Shown in pieces: positions 9,195 to 17,541 of a stretch of DNA of 64,000 nt. The translations under genes were made by a program, and so were the position numbers. The notes beneath the pieces are model-generated. The model saw only the letters and a program-made list of their open reading frames with translations. It was not told the origin of the DNA and ran no database searches. The stretch lies in the NCBI GenBank assembly GCA_964480345.1, contig CAYZNW010000001.1, positions 149,359 through 213,358 on the forward strand. Reading direction: 5' to 3'. Position 1 is the first letter of the stretch. Each line of letters opens with the position of its first letter. The stretch comes from an uncultured Candidatus Saccharibacteria bacterium (GTDB lineage Bacteria; Patescibacteriota; Dojkabacteria; SC72).

Positions 9195-11093
9195 ATGAAA
9201 ATTGCTCAGCTTCCTAAAAGAAGAACAAACAACATAGTGTTGATAATCCTCATAGTAGGACTACCAATACTACTCTTTGCTACATACAAAGTAGTACAAG
9301 TAATAATCAACGCAGCAGCAGACACACAACCAAAAAATGTAGTAGTAAGTGATATAACTACAAATTCAATAAACATATCATGGGCAACAGACTCACCAGT
9401 AACAGGAGCAGTAATTGTATATCAAAATGGAACACAGAAATCACAAGTAGCTGATGCCAGAGGAGTAGGGAGGAAATTGACTCATTATGTATCAATAGAT
9501 AACCTAGAACAAGGAACAGCATACGACTTTACAATACTCTCTGGAACAGATAAATATGCATCTGAATCAGGAAAGAAATTTACATTTACAACCCCCTCGA
9601 TAACACCACAACAAGTAACTCCACACCCAATATTCGGATCTGTTACTACAAAAACAGGAGATAACGCAATAATATATGCAACACTAAGTGACAAATCAAC
9701 ATACCCTGTATCTGCTAGAGTAAAAGAAGAAGATGGCACCTGGTTAATAGACCTAGCTTCTCTCAGAAATATCTCAGATAAGAAACTTGTTACCATATCT
9801 AATATCTCTAATATATCAATAATAGTTGTAGCAGGAGTAAACAGGGGAGCTGTATTAGAAGGAAGCTACTCCTCACTTTTCAACAATGATGGGAAATTAG
9901 TAGCATCTAGCACATTAGCATTAGCTGAAAGAACAGATATGTACTCTTTCATACCAGATGGAGCAAAATTAGTAGCATATGACGAAGTCCCCCCTCCTGC
10001 ACCGACGCCAACTCCTACTCCAACACCCACGCCTAGACCAACTCCAACTCCAACTCCAACACCACCTCCTGCACCAATACCTGAACCTGAAGAAACCTTC
10101 ACAAGGAGATATAGAATCATACATCAATTAATTTGGGGTAATCTCTCATCGGAAGTAGCTTCATCACCTGTTACATCTTCTGTAACTGGAGAGAAAAGCA
10201 TCAAAGTAACAAACTTAACAGATACAGGATTTACTGTAGTATGGCTCTCTAAAGAGAAAGAGAAAGGATCTGTGAATTACGGAACAAGTAAATCAAATCT
10301 AAACAATACGGCTAGAGACACAAGAGATGGGTTAGTCTCACAAGGAGAATACTATGTACACAATATAGATGTATCAAAACTCCAACCTGAAACCACATAC
10401 TACTACGAAGTTCTCTCTGGTAAAAACACATATGACAACAGTGGAGCAAAATACAGTATAGATTCATTTGCAACATTAAGCTCACCTCCTGCATTTAAAA
10501 GTATAAAAGGAAAATTCAGCAGTATGCCATCTCATGGTGAGGGTATATTAATAGCAAGTATAGAAGATGCAGATGAAACAGGAACATTAGGAAAAAGTCT
10601 TCCAATCTCTTCTGTTATCGGAGATGCTGGGTTATTTACCTTGACTGTTTCAAATAGCTGGAGCACAGATGGTACAAAATATTTCGAATATACATCTCCT
10701 GATAAAATTAGCTTGGATGTAATGACAACATTTGATGTTAAGACTCAAACAACTACCATGAAAGATGTTGAAAGTATTGATATAGATGTTGATCTAAAAG
10801 ATATCTCATCTATACCCACTTCTACATCAGTAGGAAAAGTTCCAAGATTAACAAATTACGGAATATTAGGTGCGACAGATGGTTCTTCATTACCTGTAAG
10901 CAATCCTACAATTTCATCAACCTCTACGAACAGAATAACTACTACAAGTGGTTCTATTCCAAAAACAGGAATAGTAGAAGATATGATTTACGGTTTAGCA
11001 ATCTCGCTCTCTTTTATTCTCTTAGGAAGTATAATATACTTTAAGTCTGTTAAAAGGAAGAAATATAAAGGTAAAATGGTTACTAACTTATGA
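9195..11093 (+). CDS. cell-surface protein with two FN3/PAP-N-type domains, Pro/Thr linker and C-terminal LPXTG-like (IPKTG) sorting signal
   Basis: 632 aa; signal peptide with AAA-D cleavage-like site; two domains with ...SW(A/L)T...G.V.Y....YY(F/E)..SG pattern; PTPTPTPTPRPTPTPTP linker; C-terminus SIPKTG + hydrophobic stretch + KRKKYKGK tail. Confidence 0.8.
   Translation: MKIAQLPKRRTNNIVLIILIVGLPILLFATYKVVQVIINAAADTQPKNVVVSDITTNSINISWATDSPVTGAVIVYQNGTQKSQVADARGVGRKLTHYVSIDNLEQGTAYDFTILSGTDKYASESGKKFTFTTPSITPQQVTPHPIFGSVTTKTGDNAIIYATLSDKSTYPVSARVKEEDGTWLIDLASLRNISDKKLVTISNISNISIIVVAGVNRGAVLEGSYSSLFNNDGKLVASSTLALAERTDMYSFIPDGAKLVAYDEVPPPAPTPTPTPTPTPRPTPTPTPTPPPAPIPEPEETFTRRYRIIHQLIWGNLSSEVASSPVTSSVTGEKSIKVTNLTDTGFTVVWLSKEKEKGSVNYGTSKSNLNNTARDTRDGLVSQGEYYVHNIDVSKLQPETTYYYEVLSGKNTYDNSGAKYSIDSFATLSSPPAFKSIKGKFSSMPSHGEGILIASIEDADETGTLGKSLPISSVIGDAGLFTLTVSNSWSTDGTKYFEYTSPDKISLDVMTTFDVKTQTTTMKDVESIDIDVDLKDISSIPTSTSVGKVPRLTNYGILGATDGSSLPVSNPTISSTSTNRITTTSGSIPKTGIVEDMIYGLAISLSFILLGSIIYFKSVKRKKYKGKMVTNL
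9990..10090 (+). repeat. low-complexity Pro/Thr-coding tract (ACTCCA-type near-repeats)
   Basis: ccgacgccaactcctactccaacacccacgcctagaccaactccaactccaactccaaca read directly; encodes the PT linker. Confidence 0.6.
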
Positions 11094-12541
11094 TACAAAA
11101 AAGAAACAACAAAAAAGGCTTGTACTTCTTAACTCTATTAGGAGTATTTGCTTTTTTTGCTGTAAAAATTTCAAACAAAATACATGTTGAATCTAAAGCT
11201 ACTGAGATTAAAGTGGTGTCTACAGAAGAGTGTACAAATTGTGGAGGAGTAGAATCCAAGGTGACAGAGGAAAAAATATTACCTGAAGAACAGAACAGTA
11301 TTAAAGTGACAGTATTACCAGCATCTGAAACCGTAGATATTACTGATTCGGTCTTAGGTGTGTTAGATGTTGTGAGAGGAAAGACAGCTTGGTCATGTGA
11401 AGATTATAATGTAGCAAATCATGTAGCTTCAGATACGATACTTTGTTCTAATGGTACTGGAAGTATAAATTATGAAGGAGGTTCAGCTGAGAATGATGAG
11501 ATTAGAGTTGCTAAAGATGCTGAGATACAGCTTACAGAAGTGACATACCCATTAGCATATTGGCTTGGGAAGTATACATATGATAATAGTACAAAAACTA
11601 TTACAACAAGAACCTCTGAGTATAGATCTAGTGGTGAGCAAATTAATGAAGCATATCAAAGTAGAGCTCTTGCTCCTCAAGAAGCAGAAACGTTTCGTAA
11701 AAACATAGATGGTACTGTAAGGCAAAAATTCACAGTAGAGGGAACTGTCTCTGCAGATCCTGAAATTACCGAGATACATGAGGCAGGTAAATATGTAGTT
11801 AGAAATGCTAGTCACGATCCTAAATGTAATTGTGTGGATAAAGTCGCAGTATCTGATTTTAATGTCGGTAAAAGTAACTATATATCATCAGACAAAGATG
11901 ATGGGTTATATATGCGTCAGCAGATTCCTGGAGGAGATAAATATGATGAGAGTCCTGTAGATGGTTGTATAAAAGAGGGAGAAGATTTTAAATCTATTGA
12001 TTATGGTCTAAAACATGCCTGTTGGGATATTGTTGCAAAAATTAAGGGGATATTTAAAAATCCTTTTAGCAGAGCCCAATGGAATGCATGTAATGGGATT
12101 AAATGTGATGAAAATGATGAAGATTGCGAAGAAGGAGAACGTACAGATAATTGTATTAAGCCAGAAGATATTGGTGTGACAATGTCTTCTATTTTCGGAG
12201 ATCCATATGAATGTGAGACAGAAGGATGTGCTACAGCAGCGATGACATATGTACATAAAGCTACCCTCTCTCCTGAACAAGCAAGTAACAAGAAAATAGT
12301 ATCTGGCGAATCAGAAGAAAGTCTGATGCATTTTGTAGCTACACCTTGTAGAGCAATGGTAGTGGAGACAAGATTAGAAATAGATGTAAAATGTATTTGG
12401 GATGACTCACCAACAATGTTAAATTATTTTTTAAATAAGACAGATAGTGCTCCTGGTCAGGATTTCCCTAAGAATTTTGATACATATTGGTCTTCAACAG
12501 AAGAAGATATAAAGAAATCAGCGGAATATTATAAATTATAG
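11090..12541 (+). CDS. Cys-rich extracytoplasmic protein with N-terminal membrane anchor; hypothetical
   Basis: 483 aa; ATGA overlap with upstream gene; one N-terminal TM helix; >20 Cys in the predicted exported part. Confidence 0.7.
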   Translation: MIQKRNNKKGLYFLTLLGVFAFFAVKISNKIHVESKATEIKVVSTEECTNCGGVESKVTEEKILPEEQNSIKVTVLPASETVDITDSVLGVLDVVRGKTAWSCEDYNVANHVASDTILCSNGTGSINYEGGSAENDEIRVAKDAEIQLTEVTYPLAYWLGKYTYDNSTKTITTRTSEYRSSGEQINEAYQSRALAPQEAETFRKNIDGTVRQKFTVEGTVSADPEITEIHEAGKYVVRNASHDPKCNCVDKVAVSDFNVGKSNYISSDKDDGLYMRQQIPGGDKYDESPVDGCIKEGEDFKSIDYGLKHACWDIVAKIKGIFKNPFSRAQWNACNGIKCDENDEDCEEGERTDNCIKPEDIGVTMSSIFGDPYECETEGCATAAMTYVHKATLSPEQASNKKIVSGESEESLMHFVATPCRAMVVETRLEIDVKCIWDDSPTMLNYFLNKTDSAPGQDFPKNFDTYWSSTEEDIKKSAEYYKL

Positions 12542-12571
12542 AAAAATATAAATTATTATAAATAACAATAG

Positions 12572-13921
12572 ATGATTAAACTAAGAAAATTTATTACAAT
12601 TTCTTTATTATCATTCCTCTTACTAGGATCAGTGGTAGGAACAGCTTATGCGCAAGAATCACCCAAATTAGATACTAGGACAGGTTGGCAGAAATTAATT
12701 GAAAAAGTAGGAAAATTTACAGATAGTATAGGTGAGAATATTTCTCAATTCATAGGTAAGCAGATATATGGTGCTTTAGAAACCACTACAATGGAGGTAT
12801 GTCCTACATGTACTGTTGGAGGTGAACGAGTAATGAATGATCCAAATATCCCAGAAAGTGCGAAAATGGGTTTGTTAGAAACAAGTGAAAAAGCGGTATA
12901 TACAATGTTTAATAGCTTTCCTGATGTGGATGTTACTGATCATTTAGCAAGCCAGTGGGTTCCAGGATATGCAGATTCAAGCAGTACATATGCAGGTGGA
13001 TATGAGGATTTACGAACATCTAAAGTAGATGTTTTGTGGACTGCTACTAGAGATATAGCATATATTGGGTTTGTGTTAGTGATGATAGTTATTGGTTTTA
13101 TGATTATGTTTAGACATAAGATAGGTGGACAAATGATGGTCACAGTAGGTAATGCAATTCCTAAAGTTATAGTTGCATTAGTACTTGTTACTTTCAGCTT
13201 CGCTATCATAGGTCTAATTATAGATCTAGGAGGTTTTATAATGAGACTTGTAGAGGTCTTGTTGTATGGCGATGCAGGTGAAGGAATAAATGTTACAAAT
13301 CCTAAACAAATGATGAGTGGCTTCTTCGACAAAAATGCTGTTTTCAAATTAGGTGGACCTAGTGAAAATGTTGGGACTCTCGTCTTCTCTATATTAGCAA
13401 TTTTTGGAATTGGTGGAGTTATTGTTGTAGGAATAACTAGCTTGTTATTAACTTTAATAATAATTGGAATTCTGTTTGTTGGTATGGTTAAACTTTGGCT
13501 AACTTTATTAAAAGCATATCTTGGAATTATTATAAATGTTATAGTTGCTCCATTAGCGATATTTGCAGGAGCATTGCCAGGGAATGAGGCATCTACTATA
13601 AATATATTTAAATCAACATTGAGAAATGTATTAGTCTTTCCAATAGCATATACTATTGTCAATCTTCCTTATTATGCTGATTTCAAAGGATTATCTTTGA
13701 TGTTTCCTGCAACATTGACAGGTGAGGGAGCTGCAAATTTAGAAGTGGGTAATTTTATACTAGCAGTTGTTAAAATAGTTGCGATATATGCTGCTTCAAG
13801 TGCTCCTGCAATAGCAGCAACCTTAATACCTCCTACAGCATCTAAACAAGCAGGAGATGCGGCAACTTCTATAAAAGCAAGCTTGTCTGGAGTACCATTT
13901 ATAGGTGGAATGTTTAAATAG
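12572..13921 (+). CDS. polytopic membrane protein with signal peptide (VirB6/TrbL-like topology); hypothetical
   Basis: 449 aa; cleavable-type signal peptide (AYA-Q), ~130-aa exported domain, then 6-7 TM helices. Confidence 0.7.
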   Translation: MIKLRKFITISLLSFLLLGSVVGTAYAQESPKLDTRTGWQKLIEKVGKFTDSIGENISQFIGKQIYGALETTTMEVCPTCTVGGERVMNDPNIPESAKMGLLETSEKAVYTMFNSFPDVDVTDHLASQWVPGYADSSSTYAGGYEDLRTSKVDVLWTATRDIAYIGFVLVMIVIGFMIMFRHKIGGQMMVTVGNAIPKVIVALVLVTFSFAIIGLIIDLGGFIMRLVEVLLYGDAGEGINVTNPKQMMSGFFDKNAVFKLGGPSENVGTLVFSILAIFGIGGVIVVGITSLLLTLIIIGILFVGMVKLWLTLLKAYLGIIINVIVAPLAIFAGALPGNEASTINIFKSTLRNVLVFPIAYTIVNLPYYADFKGLSLMFPATLTGEGAANLEVGNFILAVVKIVAIYAASSAPAIAATLIPPTASKQAGDAATSIKASLSGVPFIGGMFK

Positions 13922-13938
13922 TCTAATTATAAATATAT

Positions 13939-16473
13939 ATGGCCAAGGAGAAACCGAAACAGTATGAAGATGCTTTGGGATCCATATACGACTTTATTTT
14001 TGCAGAAACAAAGAAGTCGCCTGTAAAAGTCAAGCCAGTTAAAGTTACTGGTATAGATGGTACTTCTGAGTTCGCAGATGCTCTGATAGCTACTCTTGAA
14101 AACCCACTTCTCTTTGTTAACAAATCGACGATGAGTGCATTTGAGGAGGTGATTAATTATGATTTACTAAGTTTTAGATACGGTACTGGAGAGAGAGATA
14201 AAGTCAAATTTAATGTAAAAGATATACCAAAAGCATTAAAAGATCCTACTGGCTTTTTAGATAAAGCATTTGCAAAATATGATGCAAATAGAAAAGTAAA
14301 CAAAGCATTATGGGCAGGTGATGCTATTCAGGGAGCATTGGGAGGAATATGGGCTAGAAAGCATGGATTAGACAGAGAGACTGTCTTGGCTATGTCACAA
14401 GTGCATAGAAGCTCAGATAGATTCAAGCAAACAGCAAATTTTGATCCTACAAAAGTAGCTGGAGTTGGAGAAAGAACAGGGCAGTTAATAGATAAACATT
14501 TAGTTAGTCCTACAAGATCGTATACCTTAGTAGATTTCAAAGAGAGATATGGTTCTGATGTTGTAGCAAAAAGAAAATTTGAAGAGTATAAAAAGATGCT
14601 AGCTAAAGCGACGACAGAGAAGGGTAGAAGATCATTAATATACGATAAGAATGCTTATGTTTTTCTTGAAGGACAAGATATACGAGATAAAGCTGAAGCA
14701 GCAGAACAATCTGGGGATATTTTGAAAGCAGAGAATTATTATAGAGCAAGAAGACAATTAGACTCTTCGTTATCAAAGGAGCAGAGAGAAATAAACGAAA
14801 GAAAAAATGATTTAGAGATAGAGAAATATAAAACTGCGATAAGAGGTTTAAGAGCAAGTAGTGATCCTGATAAAGATGATAAAATAGCTGAGTTAGAGAG
14901 GGAAATAAAATCTATACGTTCTGATAGAAGATTATCAGCAGTTATGAGAGCATCTGCTTTTTGGGGAAAAGCTGATGGCTTTATTTCTTCTCTTAAAGCA
15001 ACAGCCAATATTAACCTTGGGGATGTCTTTATAACAGGAGCTTTCTTTGACCCATCTAATAAAAGTTGGGCTAACCCTCTAGATATAGCATCTAGAAAAA
15101 CATTAAGTGAAGCTGGTGTTAGGGGTTTTAGCAAAATTAATGTTAATGGATCTGATATCGGGTTTAAAATAGCAAAAACTTCTGGATCTAGATATTCGCA
15201 AGCATATAACGATGCTATGCTTAAGATATACTACAATACGCCAGTAGCCCGTATTAAATCCCTGTTTAATGGAGAGCTGTATGCATACAAGGTGTATGAG
15301 AATATGAATAAATTTCAAAACAAGTTTGGAAATAGTATCACTGGTTTTGATATGTCAAAGCTAATAAATGATAAAGGAGAAGTAGATGATATCTATCTCG
15401 ATAGTATAATTTCAGTTGTTCCGGCAGAACAGGTAGAGGCTATTACGAAATTTCTTAAAAAAGATGAAAGATTAAGAAAAATAGCATATCGATTTAATAC
15501 TGTAAAGCGTTGGCAGGATAAAGTTTCAGGATACTTTGACTCGAAAATAGGTAAAAAAGCTAGAGAGAAAATAGCTAATCTGCTTCTTCAAAGTGAAGCA
15601 TTTAAGAAGTTCTCATCTGTGTTGTTGAAAGAATGGGTAGAGAAAGGTGGAGTTCAGGTGTTAGGGAAGGCTATAGGAACAGCTCTTAGTGGAGTTCTTG
15701 GTCCTCTAGGTATGGTTGTTGGTGATGCTATTGCAAGTGCTGCTATGAAGTTAGCTCAAAAAATTGCAAAACCAGTAATAAAACTAGGAATCCAGGGATT
15801 GCTATATTCTATAATCGGACTGATTGGTATTTTAGTCTTGTTTTTTTCGGTTGTCTTTAGAAGTTCAGCCTTTCTTTCAGTAAACTCAAATGTCGCTCCT
15901 GTTGAAGTAGTAAAATGTAATGGATCTAATAATTTAGATGGTGAAAGTGAAGTTGAAGGGGGAGACTTCAATTTTGTAGACCTCGGTGCTGATGTTCCGA
16001 TTTTCTCTGGATCTGTTATGGAAATATACAATAAAATGGCGGCAAGTATGGGACTTGGAACGCAGTTAGAGCTTGTCTCATGTCCTGGACATCGTATGTG
16101 TTCTAGTATTGATTGGGCATGGTGTTATAGTGCTGATAAAATTTACTGTAGAGGTGATAAATTAAGTGGCCAATCTAACGCAACTCTCTCGAAACTATTT
16201 GCTCATGAACTTTTACATCAAGTACAAGGAAGAAATATGGGAGGAGCTCCATCTGTAGTACGTGAATGGGGAGCAGATTTACTAGCAGGCAATGGTGGAG
16301 GATACAAATTCAAAGTAAATGGACAGTGTGTAACTGCAACTTCAACAAAATCATACTTCCTCTCTAGAGGTTGTTCAGAGGGGCAGCTCTCTGATTTAGC
16401 TCGAAATGTTCCAGGTGCTATATCAAGTTCATGTGGAAGCATGGTTGCATCTTCTATCAATTTTTGTAGATAA
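13939..16473 (+). CDS. large membrane protein: cytoplasmic coiled-coil region, TM hairpin, extracellular Cys-rich domain with HExxH zincin-like motif; hypothetical
   Basis: 844 aa; no N-terminal signal; long coiled coil (aa ~200-330); TM helices near aa 560-640; C-terminal FAHELLHQVQGRN...E and 12 Cys. Confidence 0.7.
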   Translation: MAKEKPKQYEDALGSIYDFIFAETKKSPVKVKPVKVTGIDGTSEFADALIATLENPLLFVNKSTMSAFEEVINYDLLSFRYGTGERDKVKFNVKDIPKALKDPTGFLDKAFAKYDANRKVNKALWAGDAIQGALGGIWARKHGLDRETVLAMSQVHRSSDRFKQTANFDPTKVAGVGERTGQLIDKHLVSPTRSYTLVDFKERYGSDVVAKRKFEEYKKMLAKATTEKGRRSLIYDKNAYVFLEGQDIRDKAEAAEQSGDILKAENYYRARRQLDSSLSKEQREINERKNDLEIEKYKTAIRGLRASSDPDKDDKIAELEREIKSIRSDRRLSAVMRASAFWGKADGFISSLKATANINLGDVFITGAFFDPSNKSWANPLDIASRKTLSEAGVRGFSKINVNGSDIGFKIAKTSGSRYSQAYNDAMLKIYYNTPVARIKSLFNGELYAYKVYENMNKFQNKFGNSITGFDMSKLINDKGEVDDIYLDSIISVVPAEQVEAITKFLKKDERLRKIAYRFNTVKRWQDKVSGYFDSKIGKKAREKIANLLLQSEAFKKFSSVLLKEWVEKGGVQVLGKAIGTALSGVLGPLGMVVGDAIASAAMKLAQKIAKPVIKLGIQGLLYSIIGLIGILVLFFSVVFRSSAFLSVNSNVAPVEVVKCNGSNNLDGESEVEGGDFNFVDLGADVPIFSGSVMEIYNKMAASMGLGTQLELVSCPGHRMCSSIDWAWCYSADKIYCRGDKLSGQSNATLSKLFAHELLHQVQGRNMGGAPSVVREWGADLLAGNGGGYKFKVNGQCVTATSTKSYFLSRGCSEGQLSDLARNVPGAISSSCGSMVASSINFCR

Positions 16474-16485
16474 TGTAAATATAAT

Positions 16486-17493
16486 ATGAAGGACTTTTTT
16501 GTGAAATATAAATGGTTTATTCTAATAGGAATAATTCTAGGAATAATTTTTGTTGTAGTATTTATTCTTACTAAACAAGAGAAAGAGCAAACTACTCCTT
16601 CTGTAGCTAATAATAAAGTATTTGTTGAGCCATTTGCACTCCAGAGTACATACAGTATCAAAACAGTACCATCTACACAATCACTTTTTGAAAGTGAATA
16701 TATTCCTGTATATACAATTCGAGCAAGAAGCACATCAATTGAAGATTTAGTTGCGAAGTTAAATCGAAATCTTACAAAAATTGCTGAGTCACAATATGCG
16801 ATTAGTTGGAGTTTCGGTACAATTCTAGTTGGGTACAATTACGATATGGGTCTTTTAAGTCTAACTTCTCAGGAGAAAACAGATTTAGGAATCAAGATTG
16901 TAGACGAGAACGATGTCATAGATTTTTTTAAAAGTTATCTCGATTATCAAGTTGATGGAATTAGCAAATCAAAAGATTTTGATGGGGGTTATATATATAC
17001 AGGAAAGTATAATATTGGACAGTTTAAGTTTGGTTCTCTTGAAATAGATTCAAATGCGTATAAACTTCGTGTAGATAGCTCAAACAATCTATATCAATTC
17101 GATATTTTTCTTTATGATGCATCATCAGCTATCGAATACTCTACATATCTTCCAATAAATCCCACTAACCTTGTAAATGCAAAGAGAATCTTTGGAAAAT
17201 ATATTAGTATGCATGAGAGCTATTATGGAAAAAATCCAATACAGCAATCCTCTATAGAAATAATTCAAGATGATCCTAATCAGCTTATTTCTACACATCT
17301 ATTCAGAAATTTCTCATACGGATATATATACCCTGTGTATATAATTAATTCAGATGTCAGGTTAAAAGATTTTGTAGGAAATGAGTATCTAGCTACTATC
17401 AACTACTATATCTGTGCTGTCTCAGAAGAGTACTTAGAGAGAAGTGGAGTTGAAGATGAAGGTAATCTTCCTGTCCCGTATTTAGAACAGTAA
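16486..17493 (+). CDS. membrane-anchored hypothetical protein (single N-terminal TM)
   Basis: 335 aa; N-terminal TM helix, remainder predicted extracytoplasmic; no recognisable motif. Confidence 0.65.
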   Translation: MKDFFVKYKWFILIGIILGIIFVVVFILTKQEKEQTTPSVANNKVFVEPFALQSTYSIKTVPSTQSLFESEYIPVYTIRARSTSIEDLVAKLNRNLTKIAESQYAISWSFGTILVGYNYDMGLLSLTSQEKTDLGIKIVDENDVIDFFKSYLDYQVDGISKSKDFDGGYIYTGKYNIGQFKFGSLEIDSNAYKLRVDSSNNLYQFDIFLYDASSAIEYSTYLPINPTNLVNAKRIFGKYISMHESYYGKNPIQQSSIEIIQDDPNQLISTHLFRNFSYGYIYPVYIINSDVRLKDFVGNEYLATINYYICAVSEEYLERSGVEDEGNLPVPYLEQ

Positions 17494-17541
17494 GAATTTA
17501 AAAATATCCCAAATCATCTAAATAGATGATACAATAAAAGA

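Noticed and set aside
11090-11093. Alternative genetic code (UGA as Gly, code 25) as in some CPR lineages
   Set aside because: TGA functions as a stop here: the surface-protein gene ends with TGA inside an ATGA overlap, and long conserved genes terminate at TAA/TAG/TGA without read-through. Standard code 11.
12940-13662. 240-aa minus-strand ORF
   Set aside because: Entirely antisense to the polytopic membrane protein gene within a co-directional operon. Ile/Pro/Thr-rich mirror translation.
14739-16838. Minus-strand ORFs 14739-15134 (131 aa), 15103-15318, 15756-16031 and 16218-16838 (206 aa)
   Set aside because: Antisense to the 844-aa membrane protein and the following gene; no motifs. The operon is strictly plus-strand.
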